DNA of 64,000 nt from Rubripirellula sp. (GTDB lineage Bacteria; Planctomycetota; Planctomycetia; Pirellulales; Pirellulaceae): NCBI GenBank assembly GCA_965216875.1, contig OZ244207.1, forward strand, positions 1,184,001-1,248,000, in the 5' to 3' direction. Made by a program: the position numbers and the translations under genes. The notes below the pieces were generated by a model. It worked only from the letters and a program-made list of their open reading frames with translations, had not been told where the DNA came from and searched no databases. Shown piece by piece: positions 62,421 to 64,000 of the stretch. Position 1 is the first letter of the stretch, and each line of letters starts with the position of its first letter.

Positions 62421-63170
62421 CTAGGCGGCGTCGCTCTGGGGGGCGGTTGTGATCGCGTGCAGCGTACTGCACATCCCGTCGAGCACTTCGTCACGAACCG
62501 GTAATCGGCGACCGCACCAGGCTCGGTTGAGCAGAACTTCGATCCCGATGTAATTCCGTCCCGAAAACTCCGACCGCATCGTTCGCGTGATGCTGTCGCA
62601 CGTCCCCCGGCGCGGATAATTCCGACGAACCCGCAACATCGGCACTTCTTCGTACATCTCGTCGATCCAGTCGAGACACAAGTCGACTTCGTCATCGGCC
62701 GACGGGTCGTACAACAACCCCACATCGGCTCGGCGCAGTTTCCCTTTTTCATAAAGTGGGAACGTGCGGACCGACAAATGGATCACGTAGGAAAAATGCC
62801 GAAACAATTGTTCGATCGACGCTCGAACGCGGTCCCGATAAGGCGCGTGAATCAAGTCGATCAACTGTTGCCGATCCTCACTGCCAAAGTCGCGCGTCAG
62901 TGGTGAGAAGAGTTGGCGATGGTGCAGCGATCGCGACACATCAATCAACTCGTTGGCATAACCATTAAAAACGAGTGGAGCGTAGAGCTTTTCCGACATC
63001 CGCTTGGCCGCGTAGGTCGCCGCCTCGTCGGTCGTCCATTTGTAGGGCTCGTCGTCGCTTCCGCGGCGTTTGGTTTTCTTTTGCTTGGCCGCCGTTGCCG
63101 AATTGATGAGCGCACGTAGCTGCGGCGGGACACTGTGGCCCCCAACTTCGCAGCTGACCAAGACACTCAT
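62421..63170 (-). CDS. N-formylglutamate amidohydrolase-like protein
   Basis: VLVSCEVGG, LIDVSRS, APYR, RRADVGLLYDP, RRNYPRRG, GIEV. Confidence 0.8.
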   Translation of the reverse strand: MSVLVSCEVGGHSVPPQLRALINSATAAKQKKTKRRGSDDEPYKWTTDEAATYAAKRMSEKLYAPLVFNGYANELIDVSRSLHHRQLFSPLTRDFGSEDRQQLIDLIHAPYRDRVRASIEQLFRHFSYVIHLSVRTFPLYEKGKLRRADVGLLYDPSADDEVDLCLDWIDEMYEEVPMLRVRRNYPRRGTCDSITRTMRSEFSGRNYIGIEVLLNRAWCGRRLPVRDEVLDGMCSTLHAITTAPQSDAA

Positions 63171-63575
63171 CCGACTTCCTTTCGGTGATTCCTCAATAGG
63201 GCGAGTGTTTCCGTTGACACTCGGACGCACATTCTATGGATCGGGACGGCGGGGGGTAAATGTCGATTTGGTTGATAGCATTGGGGTTGGTGGTGGGAGG
63301 TTGGCCACGAGAAATTGGCCACGAGAAACACGAGAAGGCACAAAAAGGATTCGGGGTGGAGTGATGGAGGGGTAAGGGAGTTTGGGGGCTGGCCACGGAG
63401 GGCACGGAGGGTCGGGTGGGGATGGGTTGGAACCGCACGCTATCGCGTTGCGGCTGATGGTAGGGCCCGACGCTAGCGCGTTCGGCTCACGATGGGAGAG
63501 TTTTGCGTGGATAGATGCGGCAGATGGTTCATTGCGAAGGGCCCGACGCTGGAGGGAATGATTGTAATAATCAGC

Positions 63576-63620
63576 CCCTCTCCGGGCCTTAGAGCCCGAC
63601 TCTCCCAAGGGAGAGTGTTT
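63576..63620. repeat. 45-bp palindromic repeat
   Basis: Exact reverse complement of 25673-25717. Confidence 0.88.
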
Positions 63621-63755
63621 GAGGTGCAGTCGCGGTCGCGGCTCACGGGCGGTCTTTGGGGAAATCTTGTCTTGTGCTGGAGGGGAAAAGTTGGCTATCG
63701 ACCGTGGTGAGTTTGATCGTTAGAAGACCTCAAGTCCCCCAGGAAGCTGCGCACG

Positions 63756-64000
63756 ATGCCTTTGCTTCAACGACTCCTTTGCGTCAGTTTGGCCTTTTTT
63801 GCCACCACTTCGGCTCTGTCCGCTGTCGCTCAAAGTGACCTATCGTCTGAACCGTACGTCGTTTTTGTCGCCGAAGACAGCGCCTACGCTCGTTGTGGTC
63901 CGGCTGGTGATTACTACCGCACCGATCCGCTGCGGCACGGTCAGGCTCTTGAGGTGTACGCGGAAACCGACGACGGTTGGCTCGGTATCCGTCCGCCCGA
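63756..64000 (+). CDS. exported SH3-like domain protein, N-terminal part (runs off window)
   Basis: MPLLQRLLCVSLAFFATTSALSAVA signal peptide, then AYARCGPAGDYYRTDPLRHGQALEVYAETDDGWLGIRPP. Confidence 0.8.
   Translation, partial: MPLLQRLLCVSLAFFATTSALSAVAQSDLSSEPYVVFVAEDSAYARCGPAGDYYRTDPLRHGQALEVYAETDDGWLGIRPP

Overview
Planctomycete-like (Pirellulaceae-type) chromosomal DNA, judged from the LERLEDRRLLA-type giant secreted protein, Cys-rich repeat protein, ECF sigma/Ser-Thr kinase pair and REP-like mosaic repeats. Positions 1-41.8 kb and 62.3-64 kb are ordinary host genes (lepA, YgfZ-like, tRNA-fMet, hydrolases, ECF sigma factors) interspersed with several repeat families. Positions 41876-62204 are a ~20.3 kb integrative element in the 3' end of tRNA-Arg(ACG), bounded by a 21-bp direct repeat. 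Notable properties of the element: (1) the att core lies inside the integrase reading frame, so excision would add a 71-aa C-terminus; (2) a 15-bp palindrome GTGCCACWGTGGCAC occurs 7 times exactly (plus 2 near copies), mostly between gene modules, and was not seen outside the element; (3) an HD-domain/HSP90-like ATPase gene is split by a ~390-bp internal inversion, and flipping it restores one 1012-aa ORF; (4) a four-gene wHTH/P-loop ATPase/unknown/PIN operon looks like an unnamed defence system; (5) a minimal PolA-superfamily polymerase is present, with no recognisable capsid genes. All calls come from reading motifs by eye; no database searches were run.
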